A program made the translations under genes and the position numbers. From an uncultured Eubacteriales bacterium (GTDB taxonomy: Bacteria; Bacillota; Clostridia; Christensenellales; CAG-138): a stretch of DNA of 64,000 nucleotides. Shown here piece after piece: positions 16,802 through 25,676 of this stretch (position 1 is its first letter; every line of letters starts with the position of its first letter). The DNA lies in NCBI GenBank assembly GCA_900545265.1, contig UQYI01000007.1:32278-96277 (forward strand), in the 5' to 3' direction. The notes under the pieces were generated by a model. It ran no database searches and was not told the DNA's origin. It was given only the letters and a program-made list of their open reading frames with translations.

Positions 16802-18616
16802 GTGAAAAGAACGCTCTCTCTTTGTCTGGCCCTGCTGATGGCTTTGACCCTTCTGGCTGGCTGCCAGAAGCAGCAGACTGCCGAAACGCCCAAAGAACCT
16901 TCTGCCACCGAGGCTCTCACCCAGGCAACCGCCGAACCCGTCCCCACGGAAGAGCCCATTAAGGGTGCTTATGAAGGAGACGATTACGGCACCGGCGCTG
17001 TTGGTGAATTTGGCGCTACCGCCTGCGCCGACCCCATTGCCGCCCAGATCGGCGTGGACATTCTGAAAGCCGGCGGCAACGCTGTGGACGCAGCCGTAGC
17101 CATGATCTATGCCGTTGGGCTTCTGGAGCCCGCTGCCTCCGGCATCGGCGGTGCAGGCCAGATGCTTATCTACCTGAAGGAGCAGGATCGCTACCTGGTG
17201 CTGGAATACATGACGCAGGCCCCCGGCGCTGCCGTGGCCGGTGAGATCAGCACCGATACCTCCTCCAATCCCCCCTCTCCCGAATCCATCGCCATCCCCG
17301 GTGTGGTGCACGGCACCATGACCGCTTTGGAAAAGTACGGCACCATGACTCCGGCTCAGGTGCTTCAGCCGGTCATCGATCTGGCCCGCAACGGTTTCAC
17401 TCTGCCGGAGCGCTGGAACACCAATCTGGAAGGCCGCTATGCCAACCTTTCCGCTTACCCCTATACCATGGGCATCTATACCGATGACGGCTTCTTCTAC
17501 AGCCATGGCCAGACCATCTATAATAAGGACCTGGCCGACACACTGGAGCTCATCGCCAACGGCGGCAAGGAAGCTTTCTACAACAGCGACTTCACCCAGA
17601 AGATGGTGGATTATATCCAGAGCATCGGTGGTCTGCTTACCCGGGAGGACTTCGCTCAGTACGAAACCAAAGAGCGGGAAGCCATCTCCACCACCTATCG
17701 GGGCAAGAAGGTCTATACCGTAGGCGGTCCCTCCAATGGTGGCACCGCCCTGCTGGAGATGCTGAACATCATGGAGAATTTCGACATGGCCGCTCTGGGT
17801 CACGACAGTATGGAGGCCGTTAAGGTCACCGCTGACGCCTACGCCATGGCCTGCATGGACGGCGTAGCCTTCATGGCCGACCCTGACTACTATAACCTGC
17901 CTACCGAAGAAATGATCAGCAAGGAATACGCTGCAGAGCGGGCCTCCAAGATCGATCTGACCACCTATCTCAAGAACGCCAAGAAGGGCAACCTTACCGT
18001 GACCCTTTCCGAGACCGGTGAAAAGGTAGATGCCGACACTACTCCCGATCAGGGCGGCACCACCCACCTGTCCGTTATGGATTCCTATGGCAACGTAGTT
18101 TCCACCACCAACACCAACGGTATCAACTTTGGCTCCGCCGTAGCCGTCCCCGGCACGGGCTTTGTATTCAGCGCTCATCTGGGCAATCTGAACAACTCCG
18201 CTACCGCCAAGGTCAACAAGCTCATGCCTTATATCCGGGTGCGCACCACCATCTGCCCCTCCATCGTGGCCGATGAAAACGGTGTTCCCTTCATGGCCGT
18301 AGGTTCCCCCGGCAACTGGGCGCTGGTTTCCGCCGTGGCCATCACCATCTCCAACGTCATTGATTATGACATGAACGTGGCGCAGGCCATCAATGCCCCC
18401 CGTATCTACCGGGATAAGAACAGCAAGCAGCTTTCCATCGAATCCCGCTATGGGGAGGAAGTGCTCCAGAAACTCACAGACCTGGGCTTTGAGATCAGCG
18501 ATGAAGGCGAGCTGGGTGCGCACGTAGGCTGCGTAGCCGCCATTTACCATGGGGCTGACGGCAAATTCTATGCCGGCGCAGATTACCGCCGTCTCTATGG
18601 CGCTGCCGCCTATTGA
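16802..18616 (+). CDS. ggt: Gamma-glutamyltransferase family lipoprotein (GGT/CapD-like)
   Basis: GTG start 8 nt after GGAGGA. Lipobox LLAGC. Autoprocessing/nucleophile context QGGTTHLSVMD, GSPGG-type C-terminal motifs. Confidence 0.9.
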   Translation: MKRTLSLCLALLMALTLLAGCQKQQTAETPKEPSATEALTQATAEPVPTEEPIKGAYEGDDYGTGAVGEFGATACADPIAAQIGVDILKAGGNAVDAAVAMIYAVGLLEPAASGIGGAGQMLIYLKEQDRYLVLEYMTQAPGAAVAGEISTDTSSNPPSPESIAIPGVVHGTMTALEKYGTMTPAQVLQPVIDLARNGFTLPERWNTNLEGRYANLSAYPYTMGIYTDDGFFYSHGQTIYNKDLADTLELIANGGKEAFYNSDFTQKMVDYIQSIGGLLTREDFAQYETKEREAISTTYRGKKVYTVGGPSNGGTALLEMLNIMENFDMAALGHDSMEAVKVTADAYAMACMDGVAFMADPDYYNLPTEEMISKEYAAERASKIDLTTYLKNAKKGNLTVTLSETGEKVDADTTPDQGGTTHLSVMDSYGNVVSTTNTNGINFGSAVAVPGTGFVFSAHLGNLNNSATAKVNKLMPYIRVRTTICPSIVADENGVPFMAVGSPGNWALVSAVAITISNVIDYDMNVAQAINAPRIYRDKNSKQLSIESRYGEEVLQKLTDLGFEISDEGELGAHVGCVAAIYHGADGKFYAGADYRRLYGAAAY

Positions 18617-18677
18617 TCCTCATTAACAAGCTGCGGCGGCAGGAAGCCTGCTTTCTGCCGCCGGGAAGGATTTTATT

Positions 18678-19961
18678 ATGCGTGAAGAATACATTCTCGC
18701 CATCGTAATGCTGGGACTGGTGGCTCTTGTGCTGGCCTTCACCAAAAACGACCGCAAATGGTGGACGCCTGCCCTGCTTCTGGCTGCCGTAGCAGGAAGT
18801 CTGGCGGCAGGCATGGGACTCCGGTTCCGGGAGATCGTAGAAGGTTCCTTTGGTTTTCTGGATGCTCTGCTGCCGGTAGTCATGGCTGCTTTGTTTTTGC
18901 GGATGCTCAAGGATAACGGGGCATGGGGTCTGCTTTTTGATAAACTTGCAGGCCGCAGCCCTCTTGGCGCCAGCTTCGGACTGCTGTTTTATCTGGCTCT
19001 GCCCGGGATGCTCACCGGATGCGCCAGCATGGGCGTGCTTATGAGCGCCGTCCCTGTCTATGACTATCTGCAAAAGAGAAACGTCCCCAAGTCCAAAGCC
19101 GTATCCTTTATTGCCGCCGGGTCTTTTCTGGGCATGATGCTGCCGCCCAACTGCCTGCCGGCCATCATTGCGGCCAACGGCGCTGGCAGTGTGCTTCCTA
19201 CCCCCTATGTTGGCTTCTTCCTGCCTCTGCTGGTGCTGAGCGCGCCGGCCTTCCTCCTCTGCGGTCTGCTCTTTGCCGGACTGTTTAAGGACGAACCCGC
19301 CGCCGCTCCTGCCGCTGAAAAAAAGGCCTCTTTGCTGCCGCTGTTCCCGCTGGGGCTGGTGCTCCTGCTGGTGCTGATAGACGGACTTCTGGGTTCCTAT
19401 TTGTATATCGGCGGCCAGACCCTTGTCTTTCTGATCGGGTTGGTGCTGGCAGCTCTGCTCCCCGCCGTAAAGCGGAATGCCAAAGGTGTCCTTTCCAGCC
19501 TGATGCAGGGCATTACAGACTGTGCCCTGCCTGTAGCAGCGGTATTTGCCCTTGGCTCTTTTATTGAAGTCAGCTCCATGAACGGCATCCGGGGCGTTTA
19601 CAGCCTGCTGATCCTGCCCTATTCCACTACGGCGGTGATGCTGGCGCTTATGGCTCTGAGTCTGCTGGTTGGCTTCTTCTTCTCCGCTCCCCTCCCGGCT
19701 TTCTTTATTGCCTACGCCGTATTTCCCATCGGCTGGCTGGCCAACACCGTTACCGTAACGGGCTGTGCCGCCGCCATCGGGCTGGCCTGGCTCATTGCCT
19801 GTCGGGGCGGGCTGGTATCTCTGGTAAGAGATGAGCTTTCTCTTCCGGAAGTATCCTACAAAGAAACAGTCCCCGGTCTGCTTCTGGCGGGACTGCCCGT
19901 GCTGCTTATGGCAGTGCTGCTGGTAGTCTTTGGAGACAGCATGACGGGTCTTATCCTGTAA
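18678..19961 (+). CDS. DctM-like (IT superfamily) permease, copy A
   Basis: 427-aa polytopic protein. GMLTGCASMGVLMSAVP and GMMLPPNCLPAIIAANG resemble DctM hairpin motifs. Paralog of 22122-23396. Confidence 0.65.
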   Translation: MREEYILAIVMLGLVALVLAFTKNDRKWWTPALLLAAVAGSLAAGMGLRFREIVEGSFGFLDALLPVVMAALFLRMLKDNGAWGLLFDKLAGRSPLGASFGLLFYLALPGMLTGCASMGVLMSAVPVYDYLQKRNVPKSKAVSFIAAGSFLGMMLPPNCLPAIIAANGAGSVLPTPYVGFFLPLLVLSAPAFLLCGLLFAGLFKDEPAAAPAAEKKASLLPLFPLGLVLLLVLIDGLLGSYLYIGGQTLVFLIGLVLAALLPAVKRNAKGVLSSLMQGITDCALPVAAVFALGSFIEVSSMNGIRGVYSLLILPYSTTAVMLALMALSLLVGFFFSAPLPAFFIAYAVFPIGWLANTVTVTGCAAAIGLAWLIACRGGLVSLVRDELSLPEVSYKETVPGLLLAGLPVLLMAVLLVVFGDSMTGLIL

Positions 19962-19974
19962 GGAGGGCAGCCAT

Positions 19975-20121
19975 ATGATTTCTATCGTCTATTATGCCGT
20001 CATCTCGCTGCTGAGTCTGCTGCTGCTGGCTTCCATGCTGAAAAAGCGCCCCGTGTACGAGCTCATTTCTCTGGCAGTGATCCTGGTGACCTTTGCCCTG
20101 CGGGCGCTGCACATCAAGTAA
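19975..20121 (+). CDS. 48-aa two-TM mini-protein, copy A (absent from ORF track)
   Basis: AGGAGGG RBS, ATG at 19975. MISIVYYAVISLLSLLLLASMLKKRPVYELISLAVILVTFALRALHIK. Paralog at 23412-23561 in the same position. Confidence 0.6.
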   Translation: MISIVYYAVISLLSLLLLASMLKKRPVYELISLAVILVTFALRALHIK

Positions 20122-20131
20122 GGAGGCTGCC

Positions 20132-21274
20132 ATGAAGAAATACACCCATATCTGGAAAAACCTTCTGGTACTGGCGCTGGCGCTGGTCTTTGCCGTCCCG
20201 GCCTCCATAGACTTTCTGGCCATGCACAGGCAGGAAGAAGTGGTTCAGACCTCTCAGCTGACGGAAGTCAAAATGCTTTCGGAATACTGCGAAGGACTTA
20301 AAGGCTCCGACCTGGATACGGAGATCTATATGTTTGACAGCGGCGTTCCCGGCGGCACCTTTCTGGTGCTGGGGGGCACCCATCCCAACGAATCCGCCGG
20401 TATGATGTCTGCCATCGCCATGATCGAAAACATTCAGGTCACGGCAGGCAAGGTCTATATTATGCCCTGGACCAACAAGAGCGGATTTACCCACACCTCC
20501 CCTCTGGACGGGATGCTGGACAGATTCTCCATCACCTTGGCGGATGGCTCCCAGCGAACCTTCCGCGTGGGCAACCGCCTGACCAATCCCGTAGACCAGT
20601 GGCCCGACCGGAACTTTTACGAAGGCTCCTCCGGCCGTAAGTTGGTAGGTACGGAAACGGCGGAGATCCGCAACGTCAACCGTCTGTACCCCGGCAATGA
20701 AAACGGCGTTCTCACCGAACGGGTATGCGCCGGGGTCAAGAACCTTATCAACGAAGAAAACGTGAGCATCGTCATGGACATGCACGAAGGCTCCCCGGAA
20801 TTTCTGTATCTGGATACCACCATGGCCCATGAACGGGCTTTGGACGTAGCCTCCCTCATGGCCATGGACATGAGCCTGGAAGGGCTGAACATGAAGGCAG
20901 AACTTTCCGGCATGACCTCTTACGGCCTGTCCCACCGGAGTCTGGGAGACAATACCAGCGCTCTGATGACCCTCATGGAGACCTACAACCCCTCCATGGG
21001 GCCGCTTCACGGAAAGATGGATGATGACCTCATTGTCAACGGAAACGAACCCAATTATTACGAAGCGCACAAGCAGGGCTACATCTACTACAACGTGAAG
21101 GAAAACGGCATCCCTCTTATCGAACGGATCGCCCGCCACATCACCTGTATCTCCCTGCTCAAGGATGCCTATAACACCTACCATGCCGATGCGCCCATTG
21201 AATTTACCTGCATCGGCAGCTACAGCGACATGATGGATCTGGGTCTTGAAAACATTTTTAAGCCCCTTTCCTGA
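20132..21274 (+). CDS. Signal-anchored AstE/AspA-family (M14-like) zinc hydrolase, copy A
   Basis: N-terminal TM. Zn motifs GGTHPNE and DMHEGS. NVNRLYPG motif typical of succinylglutamate desuccinylase/aspartoacylase family. Confidence 0.75.
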   Translation: MKKYTHIWKNLLVLALALVFAVPASIDFLAMHRQEEVVQTSQLTEVKMLSEYCEGLKGSDLDTEIYMFDSGVPGGTFLVLGGTHPNESAGMMSAIAMIENIQVTAGKVYIMPWTNKSGFTHTSPLDGMLDRFSITLADGSQRTFRVGNRLTNPVDQWPDRNFYEGSSGRKLVGTETAEIRNVNRLYPGNENGVLTERVCAGVKNLINEENVSIVMDMHEGSPEFLYLDTTMAHERALDVASLMAMDMSLEGLNMKAELSGMTSYGLSHRSLGDNTSALMTLMETYNPSMGPLHGKMDDDLIVNGNEPNYYEAHKQGYIYYNVKENGIPLIERIARHITCISLLKDAYNTYHADAPIEFTCIGSYSDMMDLGLENIFKPLS

Positions 21275-21308
21275 TAAAACGATCAAAAACTACGGAGGAT
21301 TTTACACT

Positions 21309-22028
21309 ATGAAAAAAATGATCGCCCTTATGATGGCCCTTATGTTCGTTCTGGCACTGGCTGCCTGCTCCAACGGCACCAAGGAACCCGAAGCTGCCCC
21401 CACGGCCGCCGCAGAGAACAACTCCTCTTCCGGCTATACCTCCTCTCAGGGGACTATTGACGGCTATGACCCCAACGAAAAGTCCGATTTTGTTATGAAC
21501 ACCAGCGAAAGCACCCGCACCTTTAACATGGGCGAAGCGGATGCTTCCCAGTTCAGCACTCCCATTCTGGTGACCTCCTTCGGTCAGAGCGCCGATGCCT
21601 CCATGATGGACGCCATCATGAAGAAGGCCGGTGTTGCCGACTATACCTTCAATGCTCTGGCCACCGCTGAGGATGTGAAGAACTACAAGACCGTTATCAT
21701 CGTCTGCGGCGCCAGCTCCAAGGGTCTGGGTGCTGCCGGTATCTCTGAGAGCGACGAAACCGCCCGTGCCGAAGCCATCATGACCGCTATCGGCGAAAGC
21801 AAGCCCGCCGTGATCATGTGCCATCTGGGCGGCGCTATCCGTCGTGGTGCGTTGTCTGATAAGCTTACCGACATGGTGTTGGATGTAGCCAACTACCTGG
21901 TGGTGGTGGAAGACGCCAACTATGACTATAAGTTCTCCAAGTTTGCCGAAGAAAAGAACGTGCCCCTCACCTTCCTGTATGCCATTGCAGACGGTGTGAG
22001 CGTGTTCTCCGGCCTGTTCAGCAAATAA
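21309..22028 (+). CDS. Lipoprotein of unknown family
   Basis: GGAGGA RBS, lipobox LAAC, Ser/Thr-rich linker. I recognise no motif. Confidence 0.7.
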   Translation: MKKMIALMMALMFVLALAACSNGTKEPEAAPTAAAENNSSSGYTSSQGTIDGYDPNEKSDFVMNTSESTRTFNMGEADASQFSTPILVTSFGQSADASMMDAIMKKAGVADYTFNALATAEDVKNYKTVIIVCGASSKGLGAAGISESDETARAEAIMTAIGESKPAVIMCHLGGAIRRGALSDKLTDMVLDVANYLVVVEDANYDYKFSKFAEEKNVPLTFLYAIADGVSVFSGLFSK

Positions 22029-22047
22029 GCCTGTCCCATGACGCTCC

Positions 22048-22100
22048 GGGGCGCCGGCCGCTTTCCCCTTACAAACGGCCGGCACCCCTTTCCCTTTTTA
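22048..22100 (+). terminator. Terminator-like hairpin between cassette A and B
   Basis: 13-bp stem GGGGCGCCGGCCG/CGGCCGGCACCCC (1 mismatch) followed by TTTCCCTTTTT. Confidence 0.4.
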
Positions 22101-22121
22101 TGAAACAGTGAGGAAAAGATT

Positions 22122-23396
22122 TTGAGTACGGAATTGCTGGTCCTGCTGGTGATGCTGGGGGTGTTCCTGCTGGGGAACCTGCTGTGCAAGCTCCCGGTAA
22201 GCCTGTCTATGATCCTGGGCGCCATTGCGGGTGCTCTGGTAGCCGGGGAGGGCATCCCCGTCCGGCATCTTTTTGAGGGATGCTTTACCTATATCGACAC
22301 CATCCTGATCATTTCCACCGCCATGTTGTTCATGACGGCCATTCAGCGCTCCGGGGCTCTGGAAGCCCTTAACGCACTGATCGTAACCAAGTTTTACAAA
22401 GCCCCGGCTCTGATGCTCATCCTTCTGATGTTCATCATCATGTTTCCGGGCATGATCACCGGCTCCTCCACCGCTGCGGTGCTTTCCGCCGGTGCCATTG
22501 TGGCCCCCATCCTGCTGAAAATCGGCATTCCCAAAGAAAAAGCCGGTGCCATTCTGGCCATCGGCTCCATCATGGGTATGGCAGCCCCACCGGTCAATAT
22601 TCCTGCCATGCTCATTGCCGGCGGCGTGGACATGCCTTATATCGGCTTTGAAGGCCCTCTGTTTTTGCTGACCATCCCCTGCGCCATCTTTACGGTTCTG
22701 TTCCTTGGGCTTAAATACTGCAAGGATCTGGATATCGAGGAGCTGAAAAAAGAACTGGATATGGAGATCGGCAAGCAATACGGCTTCAAACTCTATATCC
22801 CCATTCTGCTGCTGGTGGTGCTGCTGGTCCTCACCCGGGCTTTGCCCCAGTTTATGCCCCAGTTGGGCACACCCCTTATTTTCCTGATCTGCGCCGTAGT
22901 GGCTCTGTTCACCGGTAAACGCTTCAATGCCTGGCATGCCGGCCTGGAGGCCATGGATACCACCATCCCCGTGCTGGCAAAGCTTATGGGCGTGGGGATG
23001 TTCATCCAGATCCTGACTTTGACCGGCGCCCGGGGCTACATCGTGGTCAGCTGCCTGGGTCTGGGTATTGTCCTGCTGTATGCGGCGGTGTGCATTGTCA
23101 TGCCTGCCTTCGGGGCCGTCAGCTCTTACGGGGCCGCCAGCGTCATGGGCGTACCCTTCCTGCTTGTGCTGCTGGATACCGGGGACCAGATTACCCTGGC
23201 TGCTGCCCTTTCCTTTATCTGCTGCCTGGGCGATCTCATGCCGCCTACGGCTCTGGCCGGGAACTATGCCGCTCAGATTGTTGGGCTCAAATACAAGCCC
23301 GTACTCAAGCACTGCATCATTCCTTTCCTGGTGTGCATTGCACTGGGTCTTGCCTGTCTGCTGCTGTCCGGGTATCTGGGCTTTTTGACGGCATAA
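22122..23396 (+). CDS. DctM-like (IT superfamily) permease, copy B
   Basis: TTG start after GAGGAAAAG. ITGSSTAAVLSAGAIVAPIL and GMAAPPVNIPAMLIAGG closely resemble DctM motifs. Confidence 0.65.
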   Translation: MSTELLVLLVMLGVFLLGNLLCKLPVSLSMILGAIAGALVAGEGIPVRHLFEGCFTYIDTILIISTAMLFMTAIQRSGALEALNALIVTKFYKAPALMLILLMFIIMFPGMITGSSTAAVLSAGAIVAPILLKIGIPKEKAGAILAIGSIMGMAAPPVNIPAMLIAGGVDMPYIGFEGPLFLLTIPCAIFTVLFLGLKYCKDLDIEELKKELDMEIGKQYGFKLYIPILLLVVLLVLTRALPQFMPQLGTPLIFLICAVVALFTGKRFNAWHAGLEAMDTTIPVLAKLMGVGMFIQILTLTGARGYIVVSCLGLGIVLLYAAVCIVMPAFGAVSSYGAASVMGVPFLLVLLDTGDQITLAAALSFICCLGDLMPPTALAGNYAAQIVGLKYKPVLKHCIIPFLVCIALGLACLLLSGYLGFLTA

Positions 23397-23411
23397 GCAA
23401 AGGAGGAAGTT

Positions 23412-23561
23412 ATGATTCTCAAATATATCTATCTGGCTATTATCGCCCTTTTGCTGGTGTTTATCGTAGCCAATATGTTCCGCAAGGATAAGCTTTTGTA
23501 CCAGATCGATGCCGCTTTGGTGCTCATCCCTCTGGTGCTGCGGCTGCTGCTGATCAAGTGA
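23412..23561 (+). CDS. 49-aa two-TM mini-protein, copy B (absent from ORF track)
   Basis: AGGAGGAAG RBS. MILKYIYLAIIALLLVFIVANMFRKDKLLYQIDAALVLIPLVLRLLLIK. Shares the M(L/F)(K/R)K loop and L.IK end with copy A. Confidence 0.6.
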   Translation: MILKYIYLAIIALLLVFIVANMFRKDKLLYQIDAALVLIPLVLRLLLIK

Positions 23562-23571
23562 GGTGCTCATC

Positions 23572-24711
23572 ATGAAAAAAAAGATCCCTACCCGCATCCT
23601 CACCGCCTCCCTTCTGTGCCTGCTGGCCGTAGGCGCCATTGTGTACCTGGCTTTGCTGTTCACCTCCATGTGGCAGGACGAGCCCATTTACCCCGGCCCC
23701 GGCGTAACGGAAAAGCAGATGCTTTCCGACTACAATCCGGAGCTTAAGGGCACCAATGGCGACACGGAGATCTATGTGCTGGATTCCGGCGTTCCCGGCG
23801 CCTCCATTCTGGTGCTGGGAGGCACCCATCCAAACGAACCTTCCGGCGTGGTGGCAGCCGTTGCCCTCATTGAAACCTGCACCCCAAAAACCGGCGTCAT
23901 GTATGTCATCCCCCGGGCCAACCACAGTGCTTTTACCTGCACGGATCCCCAGGAAGCGGCTCCCATGTTTTATACCGTTCAGACCGCCGGCGGGGAGCGG
24001 ACCTTCCGCTTTGGCTCCCGGGCTACCAATCCCATCGACCAGTGGCCGGATTCTGATGTATATGTGCACCGCACCAGCGGTCAGACCCTTTCCGGCAGTG
24101 AGACCCGCAATCTGAACCGGGCTTATCCCGGCAGCAACAGCGGCACCTTCACTGAGCGGGTGACCTATGGTATTACGGAGTTCATCAAGCAGAACAACGT
24201 ATCCATCACCGTGGATCTCCACGAAGCTTCCCCGGAATATCCTACCATCAATGCCATCGTAGCCCATCAGGACGCCATTGAGCTGGCCAGCTGGGCCTCC
24301 ATGGATATGCAGATGGAAGGCATGACCATCAGCATCGAAGCCTCTCCCACCAACCTTCACGGTCTTTCCCACCGGGAACTGGGGGATTACACCGATACGC
24401 TGGCCGTGCTTATGGAAACGGCCAATGCCTCTCAGGGGCGCCTTCGGGGCCGCACCGATGCGGATCTGGTGGTCACCGGGCAGGATCACTACTACTATCT
24501 GGCCGGTAAATACGGCGCTCTGTATGTGGATTTCCCGGAAACCGGCATTCCCCTGGATGTGCGGGTCGCCCGTCATATCTGCGGTGTGGAACAGCTGTGC
24601 AACGCCTATAACGAACTGAGCGGCACGGATACCCTGGATCTGGGAGATCTTCCCTCCTATTCCGAGATCATTGCCAATGGTGTAGGCGCTTATCTGAACT
24701 CTGGAAACTAA
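23572..24711 (+). CDS. Signal-anchored AstE/AspA-family (M14-like) zinc hydrolase, copy B
   Basis: N-terminal TM, GGTHPNE, NLNRAYPG, DLHEAS. By eye it aligns along its full length with copy A. Confidence 0.75.
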   Translation: MKKKIPTRILTASLLCLLAVGAIVYLALLFTSMWQDEPIYPGPGVTEKQMLSDYNPELKGTNGDTEIYVLDSGVPGASILVLGGTHPNEPSGVVAAVALIETCTPKTGVMYVIPRANHSAFTCTDPQEAAPMFYTVQTAGGERTFRFGSRATNPIDQWPDSDVYVHRTSGQTLSGSETRNLNRAYPGSNSGTFTERVTYGITEFIKQNNVSITVDLHEASPEYPTINAIVAHQDAIELASWASMDMQMEGMTISIEASPTNLHGLSHRELGDYTDTLAVLMETANASQGRLRGRTDADLVVTGQDHYYYLAGKYGALYVDFPETGIPLDVRVARHICGVEQLCNAYNELSGTDTLDLGDLPSYSEIIANGVGAYLNSGN

Positions 24712-24731
24712 AGCCAGGCAAGGTGCTCTGC

Positions 24732-25676
24732 GTGAAAAGACTGTGTGTACTGACTCTGGGGCTGCTGGTGCTTCTATGCGCCTGTACCCCCGGAACATCC
24801 GAAAAGAAAGCGGAAGCCGCCCCCACGGCGGCTCCGCTGCAAACCCTTTCTCCCGATTCCGACGGTTCCCCGGAAGAATCTGCGCCTGCAACGGTGACCA
24901 TCAACGGCGAGACCTTTGCCTATGACGGCTTCCGGGTGCTGGAGCCGGAATGTGATCTGGATATCTACTCCATGGAGCCGAAGGACTTTACAGACGATTT
25001 TAACACCGTGTATGAGTGCCAGCGGGAAAGCTATCAGCTGACACCCGAAACGGAAACGGAAACCACCGTAGTCAGGATCACCGGGCAGGAACCGGGCCCA
25101 ACGGTCTACATTGCCGCCGGTATCCACGGGGATGAACGGGCTGCCTGGTTTGCCGGGCTCATGCTGCAAAAGATCACCATCCGGGCCGGCACGCTGTATG
25201 TCCTTTCTCCCGCAAATGCCAAGGGCGCAAAGGTCGTCAGCCGCATGGTAGGGGAAGAAGATCCCAACCGCTGCTTTCCCGGTCAGGAAGACGGCACCGA
25301 GGCCCAGCGCCTGTGCTATGCCATTTTCCATGACATTGAAGAAAAGGCTCCCGAGCAGCTGTTGGATCTGCACGAAGCCATCGTCTATAAAGAGGGCAGG
25401 GATTTTCTTGGCAGCACGTTGATCTATTCCTCACTGGATGGTATGCAGGATATGTTTTTTGACCTGCTCTTTGCCACTCAGGCAGGAGAAGTAACCTCCA
25501 CTTCCTTCGGCTATAACGGCCCTGGCCCTGCCGGAAGTATGAACCGCACCGTTACCGACCAGCTGCACATTCCTTCCATCACCGTGGAGACCTTCCGGGG
25601 CTTCCCCATAGAGCGGCGGGTGAAGGATCAGCTGAAAGTGGCCGCCTATGTGCTGCGGTATAAAGGGATGCTATGA
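24732..25676 (+). CDS. AstE/AspA- or MpaA-like M14 zinc hydrolase lipoprotein
   Basis: GTG start (24732 or 24723). Signal MKRLCVLTLGLLVLLCAC. AAGIHGDE, DPNRCFPG, LDLHEA motifs. Confidence 0.7.
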   Translation: MKRLCVLTLGLLVLLCACTPGTSEKKAEAAPTAAPLQTLSPDSDGSPEESAPATVTINGETFAYDGFRVLEPECDLDIYSMEPKDFTDDFNTVYECQRESYQLTPETETETTVVRITGQEPGPTVYIAAGIHGDERAAWFAGLMLQKITIRAGTLYVLSPANAKGAKVVSRMVGEEDPNRCFPGQEDGTEAQRLCYAIFHDIEEKAPEQLLDLHEAIVYKEGRDFLGSTLIYSSLDGMQDMFFDLLFATQAGEVTSTSFGYNGPGPAGSMNRTVTDQLHIPSITVETFRGFPIERRVKDQLKVAAYVLRYKGML

